A stretch of DNA of 64,000 bases from contig JBHGNT010000016.1 in the NCBI GenBank assembly GCA_043228905.1, positions 12,090,001-12,154,000 of the forward strand, given 5' to 3'. Position numbers and translations under genes: made by a program. This document shows positions 11,701 to 25,800 of this stretch, one piece after another. Source of the stretch: Azolla caroliniana (Eukaryota; Plantae; Polypodiophyta). The notes below the pieces were generated by a model that did not search any database, was not told the DNA's origin, and worked only from the letters and a program-made list of their open reading frames with translations. How positions within the stretch are numbered: position 1 is the first letter of the stretch; each line of letters opens with the position of its first letter.

Positions 11701-14700
11701 CAAACCCCTCCCTTTTCACTCACATGGGATTAATGGATTTCACAAACTGCATCTTTGACAATATGATGGCTTATTGTTGTATTAATCGGGATTACTCATA
11801 AAATAAAGCTTTTGGCAAGGCCTACCTCAAACATACAACTTCCGTGTTAAGCATTAGCTGGCTTTACCAAATATGCTAACTCATCATGTCCAGGAGGCAA
11901 AAGTCGTGGCTTCATGCCAACCATTTGCATTCGTCCTTGGTAAGACCCATGGTGGTAGACTGGTTGCTAATATGGTCATATCGATGATGCAGCACTCTGA
12001 ATCAGTGCTGGTCACTGGCACGAGATCAGTGGCTAAGATCAGAAGGATGGTCGCCTCCAGGAAGGCCTTCATTGCCTTCCATGCATTGCTTCCCTGACTC
12101 AAGTCAGGAAAGGTAATCAGCCACCGCATGTTGGATGCTGGGCATGTGTAAGATGGCAAATTCGAACCCTTGGAGAATGAGCATCCAATGGTAGTGCTTA
12201 CCTACAAGCACTGCTTTGGAAGAGGTAAAGAAGGACAAAGGGGTTGTCGTGAAACATGAATTTCAGGCCCAACAAGTGGTGACCGAGCTTGATCGCACAA
12301 AAAAACATGCCAAGCACTTCTCACTCAGTAGCGGTGCTCTTTTCTACTTACGAGACACCAGCTTGCATAGAATACCAACCAGTACTGCTTTGGCTTGTCC
12401 AGCTGCATGAATATGCTGCCGATGGTGAGGTACAGGTCATAGACAAAGACATGGAACTTTCAATTCCAATCAGGGAGTTGTACACCCAGGGCATGTGATG
12501 GGAGGATTTTGAGGGCTTAGAAGCCTGTTCTTCCATGTTGGGCTATGAGAATGGGTTCAATGAACCATAGCATGTAGGAGTGTCAAGACATTCATGAGGT
12601 ACCAGAGCATCTGGCTATGCCAGTGTATTTGCCCCAGGAAGCAAGCAAAGATCGAGCAATTGTGGGTTCTGGGCATTGACAATGGCCTTGGCTTTTCTTG
12701 GTCGAGGACTATACCAAACATTGGGTAAGGTGTTGCAAATGTTCCTGCATCCTATCATGAACCATGACATCATCGAGGAAGACTTGCATAAACAGAAGGA
12801 TAAAGGGCTTGAAGATTTCATCTATAATCCATTGAAAGGGTAGCTGGTGATGTGGGTATGATAGCCTGGGGTGGAAGTAATCTCAATATCAGCAATTCAC
12901 TGATCGTTACAATTTGCTTTGAGCTGGAACAAGTTAGAACAGAGAGCTTGGAGGGAATAATGCCTCTATATAGGAAAGAATTGTTAGATTGGGTTTCCCC
13001 CATTAACGTCAACAAGATCTAGTAAGTGTTTATCAGCATGCAAACAATGACAACTGTATCTGTACATAAATCCCGTTGCTGAATCAAAACAGATGTTTGC
13101 TTACATGATTTATCCCTGCATGCAGTGACAAAAGGTGGGCAATGCGATGATTCTGCTGGTAATCTAGATCCAGTCGTTCCTGCAACTCTGCTGCTAGCTC
13201 TTGTATCCACTGCTGCACCTGTACAGACACATAGCCCACCTTTGAGATGAATAACTACTCAAAAACATGTACATACAAAAGAAGAAAGAAATATATGTTA
13301 ATGTCTTTTAAGAGGACAAAATGGCCTATAAGACCAAAGAAAAAATTAAAATGCTGTCTCGTCTTTGAGAACAGCAAAACCAAAATAAGTGTAACTACAT
13401 AAAAAAAGTAAATAGAAATAAAAGTGACTAACAGATCCTGTGATGTATACATATGAGGTTCCCACGTCAAATAGATTGTAATTTTTTTCTTCGAAAAATC
13501 CCTAGCATATGTCCATGAAAAAGGGAGAGATCTCCGAAGCAAGGGAAGTCTTACTGGAAGCAATGACAAGAAAAAAATCATCAATGACATTTACTCTTAT
13601 CAATCAGCAGTTGATAGCAGGGGAAAAGTGAATACCCTTAAATGCCTCATTACGCAAGAAGTTTGAATTTCTATTCTATGTTCTATGGTCTGATAATACC
13701 ACAAAATGTTACAAATTTCCACCATTATCTCCTCTCTTGTCATACTTGTTCTAATTCTTTTCCGTTTAAAGAAACAAGGCTCACATTGCCTGCAAGGAAA
13801 TCCATCAGAATCAGCAAACAGCTCAACCCCCTGCCCCTTTCTATTCTTAGCCTTAAACCTAGTTTAGACTCTACTAGTTGATAAAAAATTGCACACTTAT
13901 GCGGTGCAACCTAATTAGACTAGATAAATCTAACCTTTTACTTCTCCGAAGCTAAGCTATACATTTAGGCATGTCGCATACATCCAAGGTACCCCTGTTC
14001 TCTTCATTAGCTTCTATTGATAATTTTGCAGATGAGATTTCTAGATAAAAAAGGCATATTACAACAGGTCAAAAACTCTAGATGATATGTTAAATGACCT
14101 GTAAAATGGGAAAGCATAACTTACATCTTCTACGCTCTTCAATGCTTTTGGACCAGGGAATGTTTTGCCACAACTGTGACTTTTCGGTAGGGTTCGAGCT
14201 TTCACTTCATCACCACTCATACCTCTGGCTACATTCCATAACCAAGTGCTGCACAACACCACAATTTATTAGACATCTGGACTGTCGTATTCTAAATCAG
14301 CATGCAATTATGTAAAACGGTTCGTGACACAAAACGCAAATATAGATGGTGAAATCTATTTAGAGATTTCTCATATTGCATTTAGACTTTATTTCCCTGC
14401 TTGCAACATCAGATCATTATGCACTTATTTAAATTCATGATGGAAACTCTCAACTATTGTAAATTGCTACAAACAGTATTTAAGATGTGATACATGATCC
14501 ACAGGTCAGAAGAATGTTGGATGGAAAATATATTACCCACTGTTAAGACCATAAAGATCTTGTAGCCTTGATTTGGAGAATCGCAACAGATCTCCGACAA
14601 ATGAAACTTGTAAATCAGATTTCAAGGAATCTCCGAGCTTTCCACCTAATTGTTTCCTGCAGTAAGAATACACATTGCACTAAAATTCCAACATGTAGTT

Positions 14701-17700
14701 TAGTTACTTACAAATCATATGTACAAATACATCTTCTTGATTGGCAATGTTGCAAGTAATTTGGGTACTGCTGTTGAAGGCACGATGGTTTGTTGTGCAG
14801 GTTTATGCATTCCACTGGCAAGCTTGGCAATCATCTAAAAACAACAGATAAAGCACACAATTATGACAAAGTATTTTACCTAGAATAAAAATGCATGAAG
14901 ATTGTCATGAGGCTAACGGGATTTAATGGATGAATATACTTTTCAGTATAAAATTCATAATAATATGGAAAATTGAACTACCTTGTTGTGAGCAATCCCT
15001 GCTGAGCATGTAAAACCTGTTTCAGCCAAAACAGCCATTCGAAGCTCAGCTATCACAACAGCTCCACATGCCAGCAAGTGATCTTTAATGTCTGCATTAT
15101 CACTCAACAGCCATTTTTTGACGATATCTCTATGCTCCTCAGAACCCTTGCAAAAACAGGGATAGTCCTTAGATCAAATGTAATGGTTAACAGGAAATAA
15201 ATACATAACAAAAGAATAAGCAGATGCTTAACACAAGAAAGAAAGGCCACGGTGTAGGTGTTTCATCCCCCAACAACTAAGAACACTATTATGCTCGACA
15301 ATGTCTGCATATAGACTACAGGAGTTACTAGATTTTAGAAAGTGGTTTATGTAATGCATTCTGGATATACTTAACATTGTTATCCTGTAATTCATTCACA
15401 GAATATAGGTTCAATGAAACTCATTGAACTAACCAAGATGCATACCTCGGAGTATCCAAGTATATAGGACTTAAGAACTTCTTCTGAGAATGGTTCCTTT
15501 AATTGCAACATTGATGCTTCCTCTGTGATGTCCAAATAGACCTCGTCAATTGACGCTCTTTCACATGTTCCTTTCCGAGAAAGGATAGATACAACCTTCA
15601 AAACAGACTGATGTTTTTTAAAACTAGAAACATCCCACACATAAAAGATATGAATGGTCCAGATTTAATATTTAACCATGGCCAGCACCTCTGAGCCTGC
15701 TTCTCGATATTGTGTAAGATCCGCTTTTCCATGAGCTACGGGGACTTGAATCAGCTCTATTTCTGGGCAGAACTTCTTTGCATCATCTCCTCGCATGTTC
15801 CTTTCAGTGAAAAAGAGAATGAGTTTAAACACAAAAAGATGTAAATAGTCAGGAAACATGCTTAAACATTTTCTTCACAGATAAAATCATTAATACACAT
15901 CAAATGTTGTATATATAAATATGGCAATGTGCATAAATAGCAATATATTATTGAACAGGAAGTGAATGAACGCTAAATAGAGATAGATCCATCAGGCTCC
16001 CAGTGTGGATAGCTTTGTTTCCCCACAATGATCATTCGATGGATATGATTAAAATCTAGATCATCACAGATATAGACAAATGCTTGAGAATCTGATTGAC
16101 CTATAGAGAGCATCTTCTAAAGTGATCCTCACAGATATTAGGATCCTGTAAAGTGGCCAACAGAAGGATGTATCTATTTTCATGCAATGTATATGCATAT
16201 TGACATTAAACACAACTAAGCATATGGTAGTGAAGAATTTACATATATATCTAAGAACTTAAGATCCTAAATTTAGACAGACTGAAACATTTTTCTTCAA
16301 AAAGTTTCCAAAATGGGCTGCTCCGAGATGAAGATATATCCAAAACGAGGGAAGCACCTTCACTGCTAGGTGATAATGACCTTTATTTTTGGGTGATAAG
16401 GATGGTGAGCCCACAATCCAAATGGCAGTGGCCTACGTGCACGATAACCAGTATTATTTGATATTTGTAACCTCTTTCAAGTGTCTTGGTCAAGAATCAA
16501 CTTACACAGTCCTTGAATGACTTGTAGCATGAGAAAGAGTGATGTGGCTAAAGAAAGTTGTAATTGTCCTTTGTTGATGGCTTGTGGTTGTATTCTTGCT
16601 CTTCAATAACTTCCATCTATATCTCTTGACCTCTAGTAATAATTTGCTGATCTGTTGCCAAGACAATAGGTGTACTAGAGAGAGTGAAATATGCTGTCTC
16701 AAATAGAAGGGATAGGGATCCCATCAAGTAATCAATTGTCCTTGCACCTCCCATGGGGTTCCAAAATGTCAAAGCATCTGATCTTGACCATTGTGACAAA
16801 CCATAGTATATGTTAGAGATTATTTCTAATGCAAGCATTAGAGAAGGAAATATAAGATAGACAAGAAAAAGAGAGAAGGAAGGGTGCTGGTCCACCCAAC
16901 CACCCCTGTACGAAGGGATCAAGACATCACTTTTGGCCAACTTCCTTTACCAAGAATTCTCCTCACATTGTCTTGCTTGTGTCAAACAAACTTGTTTGGT
17001 CATCCCTACTATTTGCATTGAAGTCCCATAACAATATAGTATCTCTCATACTAGTGTATCTTATGATATCAAATAACTCTCTACACGAGTAGAGAAGTGG
17101 AAAGTAGCAAATTGCAGCATATAACTCTCTACAATCCCCCCTTGAATTCATATGCACATAATGTGCATCTAAATCCTTATGCACAACACATACTCTATCG
17201 TGAAGCTCTTCTTTGTATAGCACCACTCCACTGGAGTCTCTAGTGCTTCCTAGGATGCATACTTGGGGACGGCATGCCGACTCTATCTAAACCCAATAAC
17301 TTGAGGAGTTTATTGCTAGTGCCTTGATGGGTCTCTTTGTACACAACATCTGTTTTCATGAAGGTATTTTCAAAATACCAGGTATCTATCCTTGAAGAGC
17401 CATTGCAATTCCATATAGTCATGCATAAAGTCTCATAGGGCATAATTTTTCATGCAACTCTCTTCTCTGTAATAATGACCCTGCCATCTCTATAGGCAGC
17501 CCATTTTCCATAATTTCTTGCGGCAATCACTTGCAGCATGTTTTCTCTGCAGTGTGCCACTTGAGATGATGTGAGAACTTCGTCTAAATGAACTTTGTCA
17601 CTCTTGGGTGTCCTTATCTTGGATTGAAAAGCTCCTTGTCCATATCTGTGAGTCAGATGATTAAAGCCTTAGGTCTAGAATCATCTCTACTCATATTCTA

Positions 17701-19907
17701 TCCTGAAACAATGGGTATATTATATGCCCCAATCCATATTCTGAGATTTCGAACTTCTTCTGGGCTTCATTTTTCAGCCCATCCAACAACTTGTAAGTTG
17801 AGGGTTTTGGTCAGTGAGCTTGCACCTTGAGTTCCTTAAAAATGTAGACGAATCTACTTGAAGAAGGCTGATGTAAACATCAAGAAAATCGACAATGTGC
17901 AGGCTCATATATGGAACGTATGAATATGTTAGTGGGAGCTAGCGGAAAGTTTCTAGCAATAAGCTACATATGGAACCCAGTGTACAGCTCATGATACAGT
18001 TGACACTAATTTATCCTCCATAGAAAGAATTTCAACGATCTTGACTCTAGAACCATCAATCTATCTCATTACAAAACTTGTCACTTGATTGCAAAAGTGA
18101 TAATGTTTAGACCTAACTCAAATACGTGTCTTGTCAATTGAGTGCAAAAGTGGGCAGTGTAATCAGGAGGAATACCATAACCGTTGTTATATCCAAAAAC
18201 TATTATCAAGAATTTAGTGAATATTCTTGTTTCTAACTCATCTCTCACAAAGAAAACTCCAATACAAACAGATCAAAACTGAAGAAGCTGATAAAGATTT
18301 TGAACCGTGTTACTCCATAATGGCGAGCTTCATAACCCACAGCTATCAGGCCCCCACCCTTCCATGGGTTATACTGAACCACTCCAGTAGGCTTGCCTTG
18401 GAGCTCAGGACGTTTTCTTTGCTCCACTGTAAAACAGGGAAAATATACATGCAATGAATATGCAGTCGATTCTCATAATAAATATTGATAATGATGGTGT
18501 GTTGGTGTTGGTTGCATGCAAAATAGATATCCCATGAAAAAAGACTTTTGACTTTCAACATTGCATGTTAACTACGCCGTTTACTTAATGATTTGATGCT
18601 ATCAATAGAAAAATATGTTCGAGGCTATGTTCATTTTAAATGCATCTTGATTGAGATTATTGAATTCGTCAAATGTGTCATGTCTGTAACTTTTTATTTT
18701 ACTACAAATGCCCATTTGAAATGAAATTGCTTTTTGTATGCCCATTAGACATGAGCCCTAGTTTCAAATAAGATTTGTGATACAATCATGGAAGGAGAAA
18801 AGAATGAGAAGATGCACCCTGCAATAAACAGGAATATCACTAGGTGGTGTTAATTAAGCTCTTCTTGTATGACAATTACTTAATAATTACTTACTTTATT
18901 TATTGCTTTTATTCGAGTTTATGTGTTACAAGATCCCTCAGAACTCTTTCAACATGCCCGAATTTAAGGAATTCCTGCATAATCCTTCAGCTTTTCTTCC
19001 TTGTGTGATGTGAATGTTTGTAGCATGGGTAAACTAAGCACTGAGTGCAAAATCAACATAGACACCATCTACTATATGCCAAGTTGAATTGTAAAAGAGC
19101 AAACAATCCTAAATGTCTATGTACAAGAGGCTTGAGAGAATGAACGACTTTTTAATCATGGTTCAAAGAGACCAAAAATGTTTTAATTCTCTGGCTTGGC
19201 TGGCTACACACTCTATTGTTTCAGTCACATAGAGCTCTCTTCCCTTCACTTTTGTGCATATGAATCAGATCTTTGGATATGTCATAGCATCAGGCACAAA
19301 CATACAGCCTCTGGTTTTTATATGAGCTTCATACAGGAAAAATACAGAGTTTATTTTCCTACAAAACATCAAAAACATGCTACAGTTTCGTGGCCCCTAC
19401 TTCTTTGCAATGAAGTCACCTGTGTTCTTCTTGATTAATTTCCCTATTTCTTTACAACAAAATAGCCAGCGAAATCTTACAAGTCTGTGCATCATTTTTT
19501 AATCAAATTCTCTCCTTTCCAACGCATAATGGCAAATCAACTTTTATAAACTTGTACATCATTTCTCACTCCATTTCCCTACTTCTTTGCAGAACATAGC
19601 CAGTGAAATCTTACAATCCTGTGCATCATTTTCGGATCAATTCCCGTCTCTTTACAGCACATTGTGAGTGAATTCCTGCTATGTGCATTTTGATCAAAAT
19701 ATTTGTTACTTCTTTAGAATACACAGAATCAGGAAAACAGAAGAGTCTCTGCAGCATATTTCTAGCGATGGAAACCTCGAGAAATTGACGATGTGTGCGG
19801 ATGGATGCGGAGGTTCGCTGTATGATTGGATGAGCTTAGATTGTACCTTGGACATAAAAGCAATCGAGATCAACGTGAGCGATGACTCTCTGTCGCGGCA
19901 CAGGCAT
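8733..19907 (-). CDS. POLH: DNA polymerase eta (Y-family translesion polymerase), 12 coding exons, ~753 aa
   Basis: Exons with GT-AG borders and consistent phases, 2262 nt in total: 19907-19847, 18426-18306, 15800-15689, 15595-15446, 15146-14982, 14834-14731, 14656-14537, 14248-14125, 13218-13105, 10234-10019, 9950-9812, 9568-8733. Motifs: RVIAHVDLDCFYVQVEQR, VVQYNPWKGGGLIAV, KADL, ERASIDEVYLD, CSAGIAHNKMIAKLASGMHKP, LGGKLG, LPKSHSCGKTFPGP, UBM (IDARVLSELPEEIQ), C-terminal PIP box (STITDFF). The exon-11 donor is the least certain. Confidence 0.93.
10680..13010 (+). mobile_element. Old degenerate LTR-retrotransposon remnant in POLH intron 9
   Basis: Diverged direct repeats at ~10886-11045 and ~12845-13008 (GGTGATGTGnGTATGATAG...TCAGCAATTCAC...TAATGCCTC); weak gag-like fragments near 12216-12500. 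Boundaries are approximate. Confidence 0.45.
16500..17830 (-). mobile_element. LINE remnant (ORF1 end plus AP endonuclease) in POLH intron 2
   Basis: APE motifs IWNCNG, ETH, ILLWDFNA (GDFN) and TIDYL in broken frames. Confidence 0.65.
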
Positions 19908-22832
19908 CTCTCTGTCGCGGTCGCTGTCACTGTCACTGTCACTGTCACTGTGTCTGATTCTCCTTCACGACCATTCTCTCTCGGTTTCAAATTCTACAGT
20001 AGGAGATGTGGTTGGTGTTCTTCAAAATTCAAATGTGGTGGTGTGGGAACATTTTTTTCAGTTGTCAGAGTAGTAATAAGTTATAACTTTAGAGTTATAG
20101 ACAATGTGGAACACTTTGTTTGTCAATAACATCCCTTTCACATTCTATGACATGGTCGGCGGTCGCGATTGTTTGCTCCGTCCCATGATCCATCCCATCA
20201 TCTGATGATTTGGGCCTAATGTTTCTTTCGGTGCCAAGGACATGTTTTTCCAAAACTACGCTTTTTGGCGACATTCATATATGATGCAGTGTTATTGTTT
20301 TCAATTCTTGGCACGTGGAGTGGTTTATGTAAAGACCTTAAGAATAGTTCTCTCGAGGATCACATGTATCCATAATGGAGATAAGTACACGGTGTGTGTT
20401 TTGTATGTATGTGTGAAAGAAGAGACTGTGTGTTGCAGACAACATACAATGTATGCCAAAGACAATGTATATTAGAATAATTGCAAGTGATCATATAATG
20501 ATAAAGAACCAGCTATATAATCAAGTAAAAATCATCGGGAATCAACACTATATCAAGTAGAAATCAACATAAGATAGAAGAATTGGTGCTTGACTTATAT
20601 AGAACATAAATGTAAGTACACATAGAAGTCATGATCTATCTACTAATGAATGGGAAAGTGTGGGATATCTAAAATATCCACTTCACTAATGCAAAGGAAC
20701 CTCCCATTCATTAAGACAACGGTTGCATTGAGTACCCCAAGTGAGTTTGTGTTCACACACAATGTGTGGTTTTGAGTTTGACATTTGAACCATTTATATT
20801 TTTCTATAAGTAAGATGCTTTACATTTGAACCATCTATCTATATCCCCTTTTTTATGCTTCTAAGCATTCGGTTTTTTATAGCCTTTGTAGGGCCTATTA
20901 CGGTACTTGGTTCCCTTTATTCGTTTTAGATGGTGCTTGGCTCTCTCTACTCTTTTCACACCTTGTCCCACATGTCCCATTGGGTAACACACGAATGATA
21001 ATGCAAGTTTCCTTCTTTCCATATCTATAATTCGGTTATTGGGGCATAAATGGCTGTATACCAAAATGTGAGATCATGCACATCTATTCAAGTCCATGCA
21101 TAGACACTCAACATGTAAGCAGAAAAATACAAATTAGGCAATGCATGCAAAAACATATTTAATTTGATTGTCATTTGTCATGAACAATGCTGGAATATAG
21201 ATGTTCTCTTACATTTCTTTTTCCTTAGTTAAATAACTTTTACTCTCTTGTATGAAACTATCTTATCGTCCAACTTTTAGTGTAAAATTCCAAAATGTTG
21301 ACATTGATCAATCATCATCAAGCAAATGTATCTTTCCCAGATTCTTTCCTAGCAAGCATCATCAACTTGAGATAATAAGATTCTTCTTAGACAAACAACC
21401 AACAACAATCTGGAAGCGATGTTTTATGATACCATCATAAATTGTCAGTGAAATATTATAGCCGTTTATGATGTGGATGTTATATAAAATGATCAATTAT
21501 CAATTAATGACCATTATCCTTCTCCTTGCACAGATGAAATGAGTTCGTGATCAACAATGTTGTTCATTGAGAGGAGAGAACACCACCAAAGTATGTGACA
21601 CTGATCAGTTCAATTTCTTGGAAATCAGAGCTTGTCTTTGTTGCATAAAACCAGAAATATTTTCTCCCTTTGTTGGAAGTAGTCACAAAAGGTAACAAAG
21701 CCATCATCAACCCTTGGCAAGGCATTACAAATAGGTGTTCCTCATTGACCAATGAATAGAGGTAAATGTTTGTCTTTTAGGCAGCCAAAATCATGGAGCA
21801 TGGAGACCATCACACCATTAATACCATGTTTCTTGACATAGAGCACCATTACCCTCTTTGTTCAACATCGGACAACAAAACCCTAAAACATGGAGGCCAT
21901 AGCAAATGGATGGATGGGAACCATTGGATTAAAGATGGGCATAATGAAAGTAGAATAGAGATAAAATGGATTTAGACCATGGTATTGAACTGTGGGCATT
22001 TAGGAGGTGATCAGAATTGACACCACTAGAAACATTCCAAAATAATAAATCAAAAGTGATGGTGAGGCAAATGATCATATTGAGCGAATAGATGAATGCA
22101 TATGATTTCAAGCCTTGGGGGCTTTGATGGAGCTGAACAATGAGTTAATCCACAAGCTTCACTTAAAGGGCATGCCAATGTCAACCATTATTCTCCAAAA
22201 GTGAGAAATGAGATTATCTGAAATGTAAATTGAATTCAAGATTGATTTCACTTACGAGTCAGCCAAGATCTAGATGGCACTAACGAAACACAATCCTGAA
22301 ATAAACTTAAGGGGGAAAGAGGGCCTTATAATACGTTAGCAATACATTATGGAACCCAAAAGCATGTCAAGCCTATAAAATCCAAAGCATCTCAAAATAG
22401 CTCCATTCATGGTCTTAAAGTGAAAATAAAGAACATGTAAATTTACAACACTTGCCAATATATTAACAGTACATGTAAAGCATGACAGCATTTCAAGAGT
22501 TGAGATCATGTTGAAGAACCTAATGTTGAATTCACAAAGAAACCACTGTCTGTAAATCACACAAAACCACATGCACAACTTGTTGAACGAGTAGATCAGC
22601 TTTGAACGGCTGAATGATTCTTGTAAACAACCCTATCTCTAAAAGGGAGGTCAGCCAATGTCAAATTCGACTAGTGTATGTGCTGCTCCAACTTATTTAA
22701 TGTGAATAAATAATGGCAGAAGGACCTACTGTCTCAATCAAAGCAGAAGTTTCGTTGTCAAGTATGAAGATTCTCATTGAAAACTTGCCCAATGTTCTTT
22801 GGTACAAAATTAGTGAATAGAAATTCCCAGTT

Positions 22833-25800
22833 TCAAGTGTTAGTCATCATTTCTCTCATTAGCCGCTCAGGAGCTGCCCACATTTTGTATAAAACAAAAT
22901 TTGATCAGTATTAAGCATAGCAATGAGTTTCAATAACCGTACATATGGAACTTTAAGAAAATGACTTAAAGCATAAAACTTACGAGGATGTTCAGTGAAA
23001 AGGGAAAATTGTTGCATTGCCTGCCGAATGAACATTTCAAGACCACTCACAACAGTAGCTCCAGCTTCTTCAGCTTCTTTCAACAGTCTCGTGACTCTTG
23101 GTGTGTACACGGCATCAAATACAAGGCTATAAGCACTTAAAGCATCCTGCAAAATGCATGTAGCCTTCCCTTAGAAGTGGATGTAAAAGAAAAAGAAAAC
23201 AATCTCGTTTTAGATAGTCGGCGTTTTGATAAAAACCTTTGGAATAGGTGTGTCTGCAATATTGGGATGCATACCAACCGATGTAGTATTTGCTAACACC
23301 ATTTCTGTGGTTGGTCGGAAGGTACTGAGTTGCTCTAAGGACAAGGCTTCTGCACCTACAGCCTCTGCAAGCTCTTTTGCTCTCTCTGAATTTACAGAAC
23401 AAAATAAGACCCAAAAAAGAGAATCATGCCCAGGATCAATGTTTGATGCAAAAGATTTCCAAACATTATGTGTTTACAGAAAGCCCAAAACCTCAAAGTG
23501 ATTGTAAAAATAGAACAATTGTGCATATGTATTGCAATGATATATACAGATTATTTCTTTTACCAAATGGATGAGAAAAACATATGTGATGCGTCTAAAT
23601 CTCTAACATATAGCAGTGGCAGATGTAGAACAAGGCATATTTTTAACATATAGCAGTGGAGATGTAGAACGAGGCATATTTCTAACATATAAAAGTGGTC
23701 AATGTAGATTTAGGATATGCCACTTGAGCACAACCCAAAGATGGGAGACTAGAGCATCTGGGGCAAACTCAGCTATGTAAAACTGATATTAAGAGGCAGT
23801 ATTCCAACATGCTCATGCATGGAATGAAATGGAGAAAATACAAATGAAATTTTATGACACCATTTAGGCATGGTTAAGAGCATAAGTTACAATGGTGACA
23901 AGTAAGCTCTTTGTGGGCTGGATTGTTAGCTGGTTTTGATGAAGATTTATTGTTATTTGGAGAGGCATTCCATTTGCCTTGGACTTTAACATGAAGAAGA
24001 GTCTCTCTACTGCAGCTGTATCTTGTAACATCCCTACAAAGTTATTCAAAGAGGGGGTAGTGGGAAGATGGGAAATAGTGTTACAAAATGTCTCAAAAGA
24101 TTCTGGGCGTGTTGTCATCAAATTCAGTGGCCTCGCTTCCTAAGGAAACAAACTTCTTTTTGAGAGAGACAAAATGTGCAATCTGATCCATAATATTAGG
24201 GCCATCAAAAACTTGAAGATCCGCTAGTTAGTTCTCCAACACAATAATTTGGGCCTTATTAGCTCTATAATACCTTTGTTGGACTGTATCCCACATTCTC
24301 TTGCTGTCTCAACATCTTTGCCAAGAAATTGACGAGCAACTTGAAGATTCAGATTGAAGAGCATGAAAGCATGAGTGCGACCATCATCGTCTTGCCAAGA
24401 TTCAATTGCATTCTGTGTGGGTGTTGAAGATGAAACAATAGAGGCCGCTTCCAGATTGGACCCTGTTTCTTTTACAATATTCCACAAACGATGCTATTGT
24501 AGCAAGGTCATCATGTGCAGTTCCCAATTTAGATGGTTGGCTCCATCTAGAATAGAATCATTGGGAAGTTGTGGAATGGTGGAAGAGATAATACTGGCAT
24601 TGGAAGCCATAAATACCTCCTCTAAAGATATAAACTGTTTGTCTTAAATAGGTTCACAAGGGCTGCCTACTTCATAAATGATAGTTCCAGTGGGAAAATA
24701 TATGGCTGTTTGGAGACTGTTCTCCGAAAGGTGGGAGGGATGGAAATGGAAAAAATAGAAACAAATGGTTGGCTACTCAAATAAAATTGAGTTGAATAGG
24801 AGAAAGAAATATGAGTGGAGGTTATGGAGACCACACAGCTCTAATACCATGTAAGAAAATTGTTATGAACACTTGTAAGATGTCAAAGAAGGTAGTAATA
24901 GCTAACTATAAGCAAAAAGAAGAACTATATTTCTTCATGAGGCTCAAAGCCTTAAACTACAAAAAGGAGAGTGGGTTTTGTAACCCATGCTTTTATGAAA
25001 GGAGATAAAATATTCCCAGGTACATAATGAGTTAAAGTAGTAGATGAGTGGAGAAAGAAAGAAGAAAGAAAGGCCCCAAGCACCATTGGTCCTCATATTC
25101 CATTACCTTGAATAGTGGGTCAAAGCCTTCCTTAAAGAGGCAATAGTATCTCCCTCTTATTTCATAAAACACACTAGAGTCGGGTTCTTCAAATTCCACT
25201 CCCTGATGACACAATTGGCAAATTCTGTCTTCTAGAGGTATTCATGCATATCTGTTACCTCAATTTCAAACTAATAAATGAAGTTTGCAACTACTCTATC
25301 ACACTGTGCAGCGAATAGGATAGATGTATGTCCATATAAGATGTCCTAATGATGAATCCACCCTTTGATGTGTGCAAAAAGTGTCTTATAGTGTCTTATA
25401 GTGGGCCCCCGAGTGATATTTTGGGGCTGATCCATGTTACCTTTCTTTCCAAGTTTAAATATCAGTTCAGATCACTCTATTCTTTTCCATTTTGGTCATG
25501 TTTAGATGAGGAGAATCCAAGCTATATTGGAGTTTGGAACAGGGGTAGTGCATTTACACTTTTTCCATGTGCATCAAACCATTGTTGCATTTCAGCATAC
25601 CAACAATCAATGTCTCTATGTTCAGTAAGTTGTTTTGATGACATAAGTGCCAACCTTGAGTACCTTTACGGAGCTCTCAAAGCTGTTGGATACAAATCAC
25701 TATTCGAAATAATGCCTTGATGATTATTGGGGCTGCTCACATCATTGCCCGGATTATATCATGGAGCATTGATGCTATGCTCCTTATCATGCAGGCAATC

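Noticed and set aside
20100-22800. Short ORFs between POLH and DHQ/SDH
   Set aside because: No motifs or consistent exon structure; possibly old repeat debris that I cannot classify.
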